In this document: positions 1 through 9,047 of the stretch, piece by piece
Layout: each line of letters begins with the position of its first letter
How positions within the stretch are numbered: position 1 is the stretch's first letter
Source: a virus
DNA length: 64,000 bases
Virus record (IMG/VR): IMGVR_UViG_3300030060_008361
Location: 33,257-97,256 of that record
Reading direction: 5' to 3' (one strand)
Program-made: the position numbers and the translations under genes
The notes under the pieces: generated by a model
The model's input: the letters and a program-made list of their open reading frames with translations, nothing else
What the model was told of the DNA's origin: nothing
The model's database searches: none

Positions 1-10
1 GGATCTTAAA

Positions 11-826
11 ATGGTTCTAGAATCTCTAAATAAAAAAGGTTATTGCATATCGAATGTTTTTGATCTTGGCGTAGAAAGCTTGTTTGCGCAAAATAAGCAA
101 TATTTGGAGAACCTTGTTGGCAGAGAAGAGATTGGGCATCGATCTGATAGATTACTGAAACACAACCCTATTAGAGATAGAAAAAAGTTTTATGAACTTC
201 AAAACAAGCAACTCCTAGGAAGATCCTTGGGCCTAGAAGATGGAAGCATCATACAATTTTACTTAAATAACGTTTTTTTAGATCTTGCCGAAAAATATCT
301 ACAAGTGGACAATGTAAAGATGAGAAATTGTCTCGTGATGTATCACCCTCAAAATCCCTTCCCACCCTCAGCTAGCCAAAACTGGCATAGAGACCAAGAA
401 GATACCAATACGTTCAAGGTGTTCGTATATTATAATGATGTAAGTAGAGAGAATGGTGCTCTGTGGTATGTCAAGGAAAGTTCTTATGGCAAAAGAAACT
501 CACACATTTGGCCAAATATGCATGGCGGTGCTGCTAATTTAAACCAATCAGCCGTAGCTTCTATACCCAAAGAGGACATAGTTTGTATGGAGGGAAAAGC
601 CGGCACAGTTTGCTTCTTCGATTCTAATGGCTTTCATAAAGGGGGCAGAGTAACAAAAGGACAAAGAATCGCAACACATGCATGTTATCTAAGGCCAGAT
701 GCTCCACACATAAAAAATAGTATTTTACCAACTTTTGAATATGACACTGAAGAGATAAATTTTGTAGATAAAAAGTCAGATGTATACTTGTCTTTATCTG
801 ATAGAAAAAGAGGAGTTATAGAATGA
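11..826 (+). CDS. Phytanoyl-CoA dioxygenase (PhyH)-family 2OG-Fe(II) oxygenase
   Basis: SQNWHRDQED (HxD), FKVFVYYNDV..NGAL, GKAGTVCFFDSNGFHKGG (distal His) and a downstream Arg: PhyH jelly-roll motifs. Confidence 0.8.
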   Translation: MVLESLNKKGYCISNVFDLGVESLFAQNKQYLENLVGREEIGHRSDRLLKHNPIRDRKKFYELQNKQLLGRSLGLEDGSIIQFYLNNVFLDLAEKYLQVDNVKMRNCLVMYHPQNPFPPSASQNWHRDQEDTNTFKVFVYYNDVSRENGALWYVKESSYGKRNSHIWPNMHGGAANLNQSAVASIPKEDIVCMEGKAGTVCFFDSNGFHKGGRVTKGQRIATHACYLRPDAPHIKNSILPTFEYDTEEINFVDKKSDVYLSLSDRKRGVIE

Positions 827-1884
827 TAAAGTGCTTTGAACCCAATATAGAACATTCAGATATTAATAAAGTTTCCGAAGTACTTAAAAGTAAGATACTT
901 GGGTTTGGAGAAAATGTCAATAAGTTTGAAAAAGAATATAAAAAATTCTCAAATAAAACCAACAACATAGGTACCTCGTCTGCTTCGGCTGCAGCCTATA
1001 TTATATTTGAGTATTTATATGAAAAATATGGGGAGTGTGTTGTTTATACTCCATCTTTAGCTTTTGTATCACCAGTGTATGCCGCGTTAAAAAACCAACA
1101 TAAAATTGTGTATGTTGACGTAGATCAAGATCTTCTGATGTGCGGTGATCATTTGAAAAAGATTATAAAGAAAACCGACAAGCATATAGTTGTTATGCCC
1201 ATTTTGTATGGCGGTGTGTCACAAATCAAAGATATATCAGAGATAGCAAAAGAATATAAAGCAACAGTAGTTGTTGACTCTGCTCATTGTATTAGTTCAA
1301 AAATGGATAGTGACTATGATTTTTACTCTTTTCATTCTGTAAAACCAGTCTGTATGTCAAATGGCGGCCTAGTGGCAACAAATGAAGATCCAGAATATTT
1401 CCTACAAGGAAGAAACTTTGGCAGAAAACAAATAAGTGATAGCTATGATTTGGTTCAATCTGGTTTTAACTTCTATCTAAATAACTTGAACGCCACAATA
1501 GGGCTGTCACAGCTAGAGAAGTGTTTAAAAAATGTGAATAAAAGAAAATCAAATTTTAATTTTTTAAAAAATAACTTAGATGGCAAAATAGGCAGGTTTA
1601 CAAATCACGATGAGGGGTCTTCTTATTATCTTTGTAGTGTTATATTAAAACCTGAACTAGAATCTGATAAGATGAGGGAGTATTTAGAAGCAAATGGTGT
1701 CCAAGCTAGTTTTCATTATCCATTTTTACACAAAACCAAACAGTATTTTTGCGACCAGGTTTTAGAAAATTTAGAATCTTACGATAACAAAATAATAAAC
1801 TTGCCAATACACCAGAATTTATCAGATTTGGAGCTAGAAAAGATAGTAAATGAGTGTATTAGTTATAGCAGAAGCAGGTGCTAA
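823..1884 (+). CDS. DegT/DnrJ/EryC1/StrS PLP-dependent sugar aminotransferase (PseC/SpsC-like)
   Basis: VVDSAH, YSFHSVK (PLP lysine), NGGL, GFNFYL, HYP, LPIHQ motifs. Confidence 0.9.
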   Translation: MIKCFEPNIEHSDINKVSEVLKSKILGFGENVNKFEKEYKKFSNKTNNIGTSSASAAAYIIFEYLYEKYGECVVYTPSLAFVSPVYAALKNQHKIVYVDVDQDLLMCGDHLKKIIKKTDKHIVVMPILYGGVSQIKDISEIAKEYKATVVVDSAHCISSKMDSDYDFYSFHSVKPVCMSNGGLVATNEDPEYFLQGRNFGRKQISDSYDLVQSGFNFYLNNLNATIGLSQLEKCLKNVNKRKSNFNFLKNNLDGKIGRFTNHDEGSSYYLCSVILKPELESDKMREYLEANGVQASFHYPFLHKTKQYFCDQVLENLESYDNKIINLPIHQNLSDLELEKIVNECISYSRSRC

Positions 1885-2839
1885 CCATAATAGGAATTTT
1901 GATCAAGCGCTTTCACTTATAAGAGTTGCCCATGAGTCAGGGGCAGATGCAGTAAAATTTCAAACATATTCATCAGAAACGTTATATTCAAAAAACACAC
2001 CAGATTTCGCTGGTTATAAAAACATAAATAATCTCATTAGAGATATAGAGCTGCCTAGAGAATGGCAAGAAGACTTAAAATGCTATTGCGATGAGGTCGG
2101 AATTGAATTTATGTCTACACCGTTTGATGAGGCAGCTGCCGAACAATTAGTAAAGTTGGGAGTAAAGAGATTAAAGATTGCGGGTTTTGAGTCTACGGAT
2201 CCTCGGTTCGTTAGAATGGTCGCCTCTTTTGGGTTACCGCTCGTTGTTTCAGCAGGGATAGGTAGTAACATAGATTCAATTAAGAACATTATAGACTGGG
2301 CAAGTAAAGAACAAACAAATCCAGACATAACAATCCTTCACTGTAATAATGCCTACCCTACGCCAAATACAGATATAAACCTAAACAGGATTGACAATAT
2401 AAGACAAACATACCCAGAAGTCAAGGTGGGCCTATCGGATCACACTGAAAGCATTTTAGCGCCTTCGCTGGCCATTGCCAAAGGCGCAACCTGTATAGAA
2501 AAACATTTTACATTATCAAGACATTTACCAGGTCCAGATCACCCCTTTGCTGTTGAGCCAGCAATGTTAAAGAAAATGATTGACCAAATCAGAGTAGCTG
2601 AGACAATGTGTACTGACACACAACATGCTTTTACTAATAGTGAACAAAAGTTTGTAAAAGCAATGAGGTCTGTGGTTGCTAATCAATCAATTAAAAAAGG
2701 GGACATTTTTACTACAAATAACACCACAACAAAACGACCCTTTCTTGCTGGAAATATTCACTCATCTGAGTATTATAACGTACTCGGAAAACAAGCAGGC
2801 AGAGATTATAATATTGATGAGTTTATAGAAATTGACTAA
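1850..2839 (+). CDS. neuB: Nonulosonic acid synthase (NeuB/PseI/LegI/SpsE family) with C-terminal SAF domain
   Basis: IAEAGANHN, GADAVKFQ, FMSTPFD, LHC..YP, GLSDHT, IEKHFTL, GPDH, RSVVA...IKKGD. Confidence 0.93.
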   Translation: MSVLVIAEAGANHNRNFDQALSLIRVAHESGADAVKFQTYSSETLYSKNTPDFAGYKNINNLIRDIELPREWQEDLKCYCDEVGIEFMSTPFDEAAAEQLVKLGVKRLKIAGFESTDPRFVRMVASFGLPLVVSAGIGSNIDSIKNIIDWASKEQTNPDITILHCNNAYPTPNTDINLNRIDNIRQTYPEVKVGLSDHTESILAPSLAIAKGATCIEKHFTLSRHLPGPDHPFAVEPAMLKKMIDQIRVAETMCTDTQHAFTNSEQKFVKAMRSVVANQSIKKGDIFTTNNTTTKRPFLAGNIHSSEYYNVLGKQAGRDYNIDEFIEID

Positions 2840-3527
2840 GCAAAACGATATGATTTTTATTGTCTCAAAACGCAACATATGGACTGATAGTTTATGTAGT
2901 ATGTTGACAAATAGTGGAATAAATTTTTTACTTTACAGTGATGATAGTTACAAAGATGACCTCATCAAGAAAAATCCGTCATGGGTGTTTTTCTTTCATT
3001 GGTCAAAAATAGTAGAAAAAGATATTTTTTCAAATTATAGATGTGTTGTTTTTCATACAGCAAACTTGCCAAATTATAGAGGCGGTTCTCCCTTGCAAAA
3101 TCAAATATTTGGAGGAGTTCATTCGTCCATGGTTAACGCAATACAAATGACTGAACAAATAGATTCAGGAGACATATATTGTTCTAAGCCTATAAGCTTA
3201 CATGGGTCGCTAACTGATATTTGGATGCAAATTTCAAAAGTAGCGCACCATCTTATATTGATATGTATTAAAAATAACCCAACGCCAAAAGCACAAATTG
3301 GAACACCAACTACACTGAAGAGATTGAAGGGCTCCAAGCTCCTTGAAGTAATGAATAATGAAAGTGACATATGTCAAGTTTATGATCACATAAGGGCCCT
3401 TGATGCTGAAGGGTATGACGAAGCATGTATAAAAGTTGGCAATTTTATGTTATCATTCTCTAGAGCAAAATTAGTTTCCGGAAACCTAGTGATATCAGAT
3501 GTAAAGATACGGAAAGAAATAGAGTAA
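2832..3527 (+). CDS. Sugar N-formyltransferase (Met-tRNA formyltransferase-like); start may be ATG at 2850
   Basis: FHTANLPNYRGGSPLQNQI, IDSGDI, YDHIRALDAEGY formyltransferase motifs; position in a sugar cluster. Confidence 0.85.
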   Translation: MTKQNDMIFIVSKRNIWTDSLCSMLTNSGINFLLYSDDSYKDDLIKKNPSWVFFFHWSKIVEKDIFSNYRCVVFHTANLPNYRGGSPLQNQIFGGVHSSMVNAIQMTEQIDSGDIYCSKPISLHGSLTDIWMQISKVAHHLILICIKNNPTPKAQIGTPTTLKRLKGSKLLEVMNNESDICQVYDHIRALDAEGYDEACIKVGNFMLSFSRAKLVSGNLVISDVKIRKEIE

Positions 3528-3528
3528 G

Positions 3529-4197
3529 ATGTTACCAGTATATGAAAATGTGTTAGTCCTCGCCGCACATCCTGACGATGAAACTTTAGGCTGTGGTGCA
3601 ACAATAAAAAAGCTATCACTATTGGGTAGTAAGATTCGATTAATTGTTTTTACTGATGGAGTTTCATCCAGAGTTCATTCTTCATCCAGTCCCAGGAATG
3701 ATAGACAAACCTTAGACAAGGTATCAGATATTTTGGGAATACACAGTTATTGTACAGGTAACTTTCCAGATAACAAGATGGACACAGTTTCAGCACTAGA
3801 TTTATGTAAATTTGTTGAAAATAATGTAGATTTTAATCCTGATCTGATATTAACTCATGACTCATCTTGCTTAAATGTGGACCATAGAGCTGTAAATAAT
3901 GTGTCTCTTACTGTTTTTAGGCCTCAGTACGGCCTCAAACACAGGATTATGACTTATTATATACCATCTTCTACAGATTATAATTTTAATTCTAAATTTA
4001 ATAGCAATACATATATTGATGTAGGGGGAACATACGGCGATAAATTAAGGTGCTTAGAAGATTGTTACGCAGAAGAAATGCGGCCATGGCCACATAGTCG
4101 AAGTATTAAGAATGTCAAAGCACTAATGAGTACGTGGGGCTCCGAAGTTGGGATAAGATATGCTGAAAAGTTTAATCAATTAGTGAGTATAGAATAG
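3529..4197 (+). CDS. PIG-L/LmbE family N-deacetylase
   Basis: LAAHPDDETLGCG, TDG, PDLILTH, NVDH. Confidence 0.9.
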   Translation: MLPVYENVLVLAAHPDDETLGCGATIKKLSLLGSKIRLIVFTDGVSSRVHSSSSPRNDRQTLDKVSDILGIHSYCTGNFPDNKMDTVSALDLCKFVENNVDFNPDLILTHDSSCLNVDHRAVNNVSLTVFRPQYGLKHRIMTYYIPSSTDYNFNSKFNSNTYIDVGGTYGDKLRCLEDCYAEEMRPWPHSRSIKNVKALMSTWGSEVGIRYAEKFNQLVSIE

Positions 4198-4727
4198 TGA
4201 TAAATGGCAGCAAAATAATGCTCCGAGGCCTTGAGTCTCAAGATATTGAGCAGTTGAGACAATGGAGAAACCTCCCCTCCCTCAGAAGATATTTTAGAGA
4301 GTATCGAGAAATTACAAAAGAAATGCAGCAAGAATGGTTTAGTAATGTAACAACTAAATCAACTGAATTTCACTTTACCATAAACGATAAAAAAAAACAA
4401 AAAATCATAGGCCATTGCGCACTATCATATGTAAACTGGGTCAGCCGTACAGCTGAGTTTGCTATTTACATTGGTGATATGGAGTATAGAGGAAAAGGGT
4501 TTGGATCTGACGCTCTTAGGCAATTATGTAGATATGGCTTTGAGTATTTAAACCTTAATAGAATATGGTGTGAAGTATATAGTAACAACGCCTCATTGGA
4601 CATGTACAGGCATATTGGGTTTAAAGACGAAGGGATGTTAAGAGAGAACTACTACTCAGAAGGTAAATATTGGGACTCTCACATCCTTTCGATGTTAAAA
4701 AGAGATTACGACTCCCGGGAGCAATAA
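4197..4727 (+). CDS. GNAT N-acetyltransferase (PseH/RimJ-like)
   Basis: LRQWRN, AEFAIYIG, YRGKGFG acetyl-CoA motif, GFKDEG; GTG start. Confidence 0.85.
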   Translation: MINGSKIMLRGLESQDIEQLRQWRNLPSLRRYFREYREITKEMQQEWFSNVTTKSTEFHFTINDKKKQKIIGHCALSYVNWVSRTAEFAIYIGDMEYRGKGFGSDALRQLCRYGFEYLNLNRIWCEVYSNNASLDMYRHIGFKDEGMLRENYYSEGKYWDSHILSMLKRDYDSREQ

Positions 4728-4728
4728 T

Positions 4729-5616
4729 ATGAAATGGACTTTTGAAAAAACATGGAAAACTCACAGTATAAAAGATAGTTCTTTTATATATCCCTCATCT
4801 CAATTTAAAGGTAACCCTTTGCAAGGGCTAGAATATGTCAAAAAGGAACTGGTTCCCTATCTGGGGGGAGGAAAAGTTAAGGCTAACAGTGAATGTATAT
4901 ACCAATATAGTGACAATCTTGCTCAAATTGAAGGTTCAAAGATACTTGTAATCGGTGGCGGTCCATCTTCTATGGAATCTCAATATAGTGTTTCTGATTA
5001 TGATCATGTTTTTTCTTGTAATCATTTTTATAACAATGAGACTATAAATAAAATAAAGATGTTTATGGTTTTCTTGGGTGATGAGATTGATTTTGAATCT
5101 AAAAACTTAAAAGATTATTTAAAAAGGAATGATGAAACTTTAATTTGTTTTGAGAATGTAGGAAGGCCAAAGTCAGATCTCGTTAAATTTAAAACAGAAT
5201 ATGGAGAAAGGGTAGTTTGGGGTCATACTAGGTATCATTCCAAGATAGGAGCTATGACAAGAATAATATCTTACCTTTGTAATTTAAAACCCAAGCACAT
5301 ATCTATTGTAGGTATGGATGGGCCAATATTACCAGGCAAAGAAAAGAAGCATTTTCACTCTTTTCAACCTAAAAAATGGCCTGAAACTGGTACATTTGAG
5401 TCTTTATACGATCAGCAAAAAAGAATGAAGAGGTACGTTGAACAATATTTAGAATTTTGGGACTATATATTGCACGATGTAGGCTCTGAAATATCCTTCA
5501 ACAATGTTGGGCACAAACATGCTTGTAACCTTTCAACAGAAATACTGACCGATAAACTAGGAGAAGAGTACCAAGAGTATCTAAACAATCCAGACAAGAG
5601 AGTGGCGAATGGATAA
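4729..5616 (+). CDS. Putative nonulosonate (sialyl-type) glycosyltransferase, CstII/GT42-Maf-like fold
   Basis: ILVIGGGPSS...DHVFSCNHFY and ISIVGMDG resemble CstII IIAGNGPSL...VFRCNQFY and IYLSGIDF. Confidence 0.6.
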   Translation: MKWTFEKTWKTHSIKDSSFIYPSSQFKGNPLQGLEYVKKELVPYLGGGKVKANSECIYQYSDNLAQIEGSKILVIGGGPSSMESQYSVSDYDHVFSCNHFYNNETINKIKMFMVFLGDEIDFESKNLKDYLKRNDETLICFENVGRPKSDLVKFKTEYGERVVWGHTRYHSKIGAMTRIISYLCNLKPKHISIVGMDGPILPGKEKKHFHSFQPKKWPETGTFESLYDQQKRMKRYVEQYLEFWDYILHDVGSEISFNNVGHKHACNLSTEILTDKLGEEYQEYLNNPDKRVANG

Positions 5617-6340
5617 TATTGAAAAACTTTTAATAACTGGTCCCTCAAAAAAGGTCAATGAAATCCCAAAAAAAGAGATAGAAGATCTTTTATCGAATGG
5701 GTATAAAATATTTTCTTATACTGATTCATTGTTTTATTTACAAAAGATAGGTATAAAACCTCATTACTTTTCCTTCTTAGATCCGTACACAATAGGTAGA
5801 AAGATGAATTTTTATGAAAATGATCCCTTTTTATCAGATACTAGCTTGATGATATATGATCTTTATGAAAACGATTTAAGCACTTTTTATAGATATGGTT
5901 TTACCTGTAACAGTTTTATAAGAGACTTCAGAAGTTCGTATGAGAAGTTTATATCTTTAAAGTTTCAAGATAATTTCAAAGAGGTTATAAAAAAAGATTC
6001 CACCTGTATAGATATAACCCATCCTAAGTTTGCTAGTTCATTCTTTGACTATAAAAAACAATTGTACATTTTTAGCGGAAACAAGAAAACAAACACAGAC
6101 AAATTCAGCTGCGTGCTCATACCTATGATTTTAAACTTTTTTCCAAATCTAAAAGAAATAAAATCAGTAGGTTTTGGAGATTTTGACACTCCCAGGTACT
6201 ATAATGACGGCTCAAAAGGTTACCCAGAGTTCATAAATACATTTTATATGATGAAAAACAACACAGTTTTTAACTTAGAGAATTCATCAATTAAGATTGA
6301 TTTTTTTAGAGACAATTTTTATAAAAAGGAGTTGTCATAA
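5609..6340 (+). CDS. Putative Maf (MAF_flag10/DUF115)-like glycosyltransferase
   Basis: LITGPS...IFSYTDSLFYLQKIGIKPHYFSFLDP...IKSVGFGD resembles the Maf pattern GPSL...IF.AD.AL..L...GI.PDY...LD...I...G.D. Confidence 0.55.
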   Translation: MDNIEKLLITGPSKKVNEIPKKEIEDLLSNGYKIFSYTDSLFYLQKIGIKPHYFSFLDPYTIGRKMNFYENDPFLSDTSLMIYDLYENDLSTFYRYGFTCNSFIRDFRSSYEKFISLKFQDNFKEVIKKDSTCIDITHPKFASSFFDYKKQLYIFSGNKKTNTDKFSCVLIPMILNFFPNLKEIKSVGFGDFDTPRYYNDGSKGYPEFINTFYMMKNNTVFNLENSSIKIDFFRDNFYKKELS

Positions 6341-6642
6341 TGATAGTCTATGTTGATATAGATGAGACAATCTGTATAAGTCCTGAAAATCGAGACTACT
6401 CTAAAGCTACACCTATAAAAAAAAACATTAAAAAAATTAATACAATGTACGATAATGGAGACAAAATTGTGTATTGGACAGCCAGAGGAACCGGTTCTGG
6501 TATTGACTGGAGAGATGTAACGGAGCAACAATTTAAAGAGTGGAATGTAAAACACCACGAGCTTCACTTTGGTAAGCCAATATATGATCTTTTTATAGAT
6601 GACAAAAATATAAATTCAGAAACTTTTTTCAAGGAGAAATAA
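6340..6642 (+). CDS. Small HAD-superfamily phosphatase (capsule-biosynthesis phosphatase-like)
   Basis: VDIDETI (DxDxT), WTARG, GKP, FIDDK. Confidence 0.85.
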   Translation: MIVYVDIDETICISPENRDYSKATPIKKNIKKINTMYDNGDKIVYWTARGTGSGIDWRDVTEQQFKEWNVKHHELHFGKPIYDLFIDDKNINSETFFKEK

Positions 6643-6643
6643 A

Positions 6644-6853
6644 ATGAAATTATCTAACCAAGCAATGGGAGCCATCATGATGGCTTTACAAAAGTCCTTA
6701 CTGGAACAAAGCGATATTGTCCCTGTTTTAAAGGAGTTTGACTTTCAAGTTAGCTCAAGTGAGGAACTTCTAGTAAAGAATCCTCCAAATTTTAAAATTA
6801 ACCCAACAGCACCAATAGTAGAAGAAGTAAAAAACACTACTGGATCAGATTAA
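6644..6853 (+). CDS. Hypothetical protein
   Basis: AAGGAG RBS, tight packing with neighbours. Confidence 0.7.
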   Translation: MKLSNQAMGAIMMALQKSLLEQSDIVPVLKEFDFQVSSSEELLVKNPPNFKINPTAPIVEEVKNTTGSD

Positions 6854-6854
6854 T

Positions 6855-7115
6855 ATGCCCCGATACACTTATAAGTGTGATAGTTGTAAAGAGGTCTTTG
6901 AAGTTAGTCATGGCATGTTTTTTGAGCAAGAAAAGTGTATAAAATGTCATAGCCATGGTGATTTGATTAAAGTGCCTGTTTTCAATATTAAAAAGCAAAC
7001 TGAAAAAGCCGCTGAGAAGCGTACAGGCGCCGTTGTAGACGAGTTTATCAAAGATGCCAAGAAAGACCTCAAGCAACAGAGAAGAGAGCTTAAAACGGAA
7101 GTATTTGATAAATGA
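6855..7115 (+). CDS. FmdB-family zinc-ribbon protein
   Basis: MPRYTYKCDSC...FEV...CIKC. Confidence 0.8.
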   Translation: MPRYTYKCDSCKEVFEVSHGMFFEQEKCIKCHSHGDLIKVPVFNIKKQTEKAAEKRTGAVVDEFIKDAKKDLKQQRRELKTEVFDK

Positions 7116-7393
7116 CAGAATTATTTTTAATTACCAGCGCTATTATTAACGTAGTGTTTGTTTTCTACTCCCGATGGCTGATAGGAATACTCAGGGCAAG
7201 AGAAGAGGACATGGCACAACTAGCAGACCAGGTTGCAGACTACGTTGGTCACGTAAAAGCAGTTCATGAAATGGAAATGTTTTATGGAGACCAAACTTTA
7301 CAGACCTTGATACATCACGGAACAGACATGGTGGAGAAGATAGAACAGTTTGATTTTCTGCTTGGCGAGGAACCAGAGGAGCAGGAAAATTGA
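7112..7393 (+). CDS. Hypothetical membrane-anchored protein
   Basis: N-terminal hydrophobic helix LFLITSAIINVVFVFY followed by a helical region. Confidence 0.65.
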   Translation: MTELFLITSAIINVVFVFYSRWLIGILRAREEDMAQLADQVADYVGHVKAVHEMEMFYGDQTLQTLIHHGTDMVEKIEQFDFLLGEEPEEQEN

Positions 7394-8121
7394 CAACAGA
7401 AACACAAGCGAAAAAACCCAAGCCAATAAGGCGCCGAAGAAGAAAGAAAACTAAAAATCAGTATTTTACACGTGTTCACGAAGAAGCAATAATAAGATAC
7501 TGCGCATCAGCATGTTACAAAGAAAGGTCAACGCTTTACGAAAAAATGATACAGCCAGCTTTTAGCGAGATGGTTGATAAAATAATCTTTACATACAAGT
7601 TTAATATCCTTCCAAATATAGACTCTCTACGCGAAGATTGTAAAGTTTGGCTTACAACTATTCTAAATAAGTATGATCCTAATAAGGGCTCTAAAGCTTT
7701 TTCTTATTTTTCTGTTGTTACAAAAAATTGGTTTATACATAAGGTAAAGCAAAACTCCAAAAAAATAAAAAAAGAAGTTTCTTTTGAGAACTTGGTAGAA
7801 AACGGCGGAGCGGATATCTTAGGTACAACTGATCCATCAGAATCTTATGTATCTCAGCGAATAGAGCTTGAGTTCTGGAATAACTTGTTACAAAATTTAG
7901 ATAACTGGGATAAAGACACCCTTAAAAAAAATGAGAAAGCAGTCTTAGAGGCTGTAAAGATACTGCTTCACAACATTGAAGATATAGAAATATTTAATAA
8001 AAAAGCAGTATACCTATATTTAAGAGAGTTAACAGGGCTAAATACAAAGCAGGTTGTTAATAACTTAAACAAATTAAGAGAAAAGTACAGAATGTTTAAA
8101 ACAAAGTGGGATAAAGAGTGA
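7390..8121 (+). CDS. Phage late-transcription sigma factor (T4 gp55-like)
   Basis: NQYFT...AIIRY and YDPNKGSKAFSYFSVVTKNWFIHKVKQ match the gp55/sigma region-2 pattern FDPEK..NPFAYFT; TTG start. Confidence 0.75.
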   Translation: MTTETQAKKPKPIRRRRRKKTKNQYFTRVHEEAIIRYCASACYKERSTLYEKMIQPAFSEMVDKIIFTYKFNILPNIDSLREDCKVWLTTILNKYDPNKGSKAFSYFSVVTKNWFIHKVKQNSKKIKKEVSFENLVENGGADILGTTDPSESYVSQRIELEFWNNLLQNLDNWDKDTLKKNEKAVLEAVKILLHNIEDIEIFNKKAVYLYLRELTGLNTKQVVNNLNKLREKYRMFKTKWDKE

Positions 8122-8137
8122 TTTTTTTTACTAAAAA

Positions 8138-8146
8138 ATAATTATA
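8138..8146 (+). promoter_or_regulatory. Candidate late-promoter motif (ATAATTATA) immediately before ATG 8149
   Basis: Variant of the recurrent intergenic TA(A/T/C)TTAT motif. Confidence 0.35.
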
Positions 8147-8148
8147 GT

Positions 8149-8445
8149 ATGTCAAAGAAGATAGAAGATTTTATAGATCAAGCTAAAAACAACATAACTG
8201 AAGATCGTGCAGCAACTAAGACTTTGCTAATGAATCTGATGAAATACATGCAAAGTAGCGACGACAGACACAGAGAAGTAGGTTTAGTAGCAGCGAAATA
8301 TCTAGAGACCCTTCAAAGATCAAATGAACAATTAGTAAAATTGGCAGCACTGGTGCAGAAAAAATCAGAAAAAAATCAAAATATATCCGAAGAGGATAAG
8401 CAAGATCTTTTTGATATCATTAATAGTTCTGCCAATGAGGATTAG
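8149..8445 (+). CDS. Hypothetical helical protein
   Basis: Amphipathic helices (AAKYLETLQRSNEQLVKLAALVQK); follows the sigma gene. Confidence 0.7.
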   Translation: MSKKIEDFIDQAKNNITEDRAATKTLLMNLMKYMQSSDDRHREVGLVAAKYLETLQRSNEQLVKLAALVQKKSEKNQNISEEDKQDLFDIINSSANED

Positions 8446-8447
8446 GC

Positions 8448-9032
8448 ATGTTTGGAAATAAAAATTTAAAAACCCCAAGATCAAATCCAAAGACTATAAG
8501 ACCGGAAGACCCAAAAGACTCTTGGAAATGGGCAATTAGAAGAGAGTTATCAGGAGAGTCCAAGGAGGACAGACCATATGATAATAAAGTTTATTCCGCT
8601 ACGGTGCTGTACACTTCGTTTATATCTGAAAAAAAGCTCAAGCAGAAGTATGACGAAACCTTTATTGAGTATATTTTAAACAATAGGGGCTTTGATGAAG
8701 GAGAGAATAGAATAATAGTGGAAGCTATAGTATGGGTACCTGAGTATTGCGCATGTTTGCCGACCATCCCAGCGTCCGATGCAAGAAACTTTTTTACATT
8801 TCTAAAAAAACAAACCCCGAAAGGCCAAAAAGAAGGTTTTGACTCTTTGAAAATCAAAAGTGAGGATTTCAAAGGAAAAGAGAGCGCAGAAAATTATTTA
8901 AAAAAAATAAGAAGATTTCCTAAAGTTTATGGTATCTTTGGTTCTGACAAAACTGTGGACATCTCAATAGGATCTAGTATTAATATTACCTTCCCCTATA
9001 GTTACGATATTTATGCGGGAGCTATGGCTTAA
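8448..9032 (+). CDS. Hypothetical protein (start of baseplate module)
   Basis: GAGGA RBS; ORF contiguous with neighbours. Confidence 0.65.
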   Translation: MFGNKNLKTPRSNPKTIRPEDPKDSWKWAIRRELSGESKEDRPYDNKVYSATVLYTSFISEKKLKQKYDETFIEYILNNRGFDEGENRIIVEAIVWVPEYCACLPTIPASDARNFFTFLKKQTPKGQKEGFDSLKIKSEDFKGKESAENYLKKIRRFPKVYGIFGSDKTVDISIGSSINITFPYSYDIYAGAMA

Positions 9033-9047
9033 GCCGAAATAAAACTT

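Noticed and set aside
1850-2839. Specific assignment to the pseudaminic versus legionaminic pathway
   Set aside because: Aminotransferase and GNAT look Pse-like, but the synthase motif IAEAG.NHN is NeuB/LegI/SpsE-like, and the discriminating enzymes are outside the window
7408-7455. KKPKPIRRRRRKKTK looks like a eukaryotic nuclear localisation signal
   Set aside because: Basic N-terminal tails are common on gp55-like sigma factors, and everything else indicates a bacteriophage
8121-8138. T-run/A-run inverted repeat after the sigma gene as a terminator
   Set aside because: Purely A/T stem with no GC hairpin and no following U-tract
8149-8445. Possible terminase small subunit
   Set aside because: Only a generic helical resemblance and far from TerL; left as hypothetical
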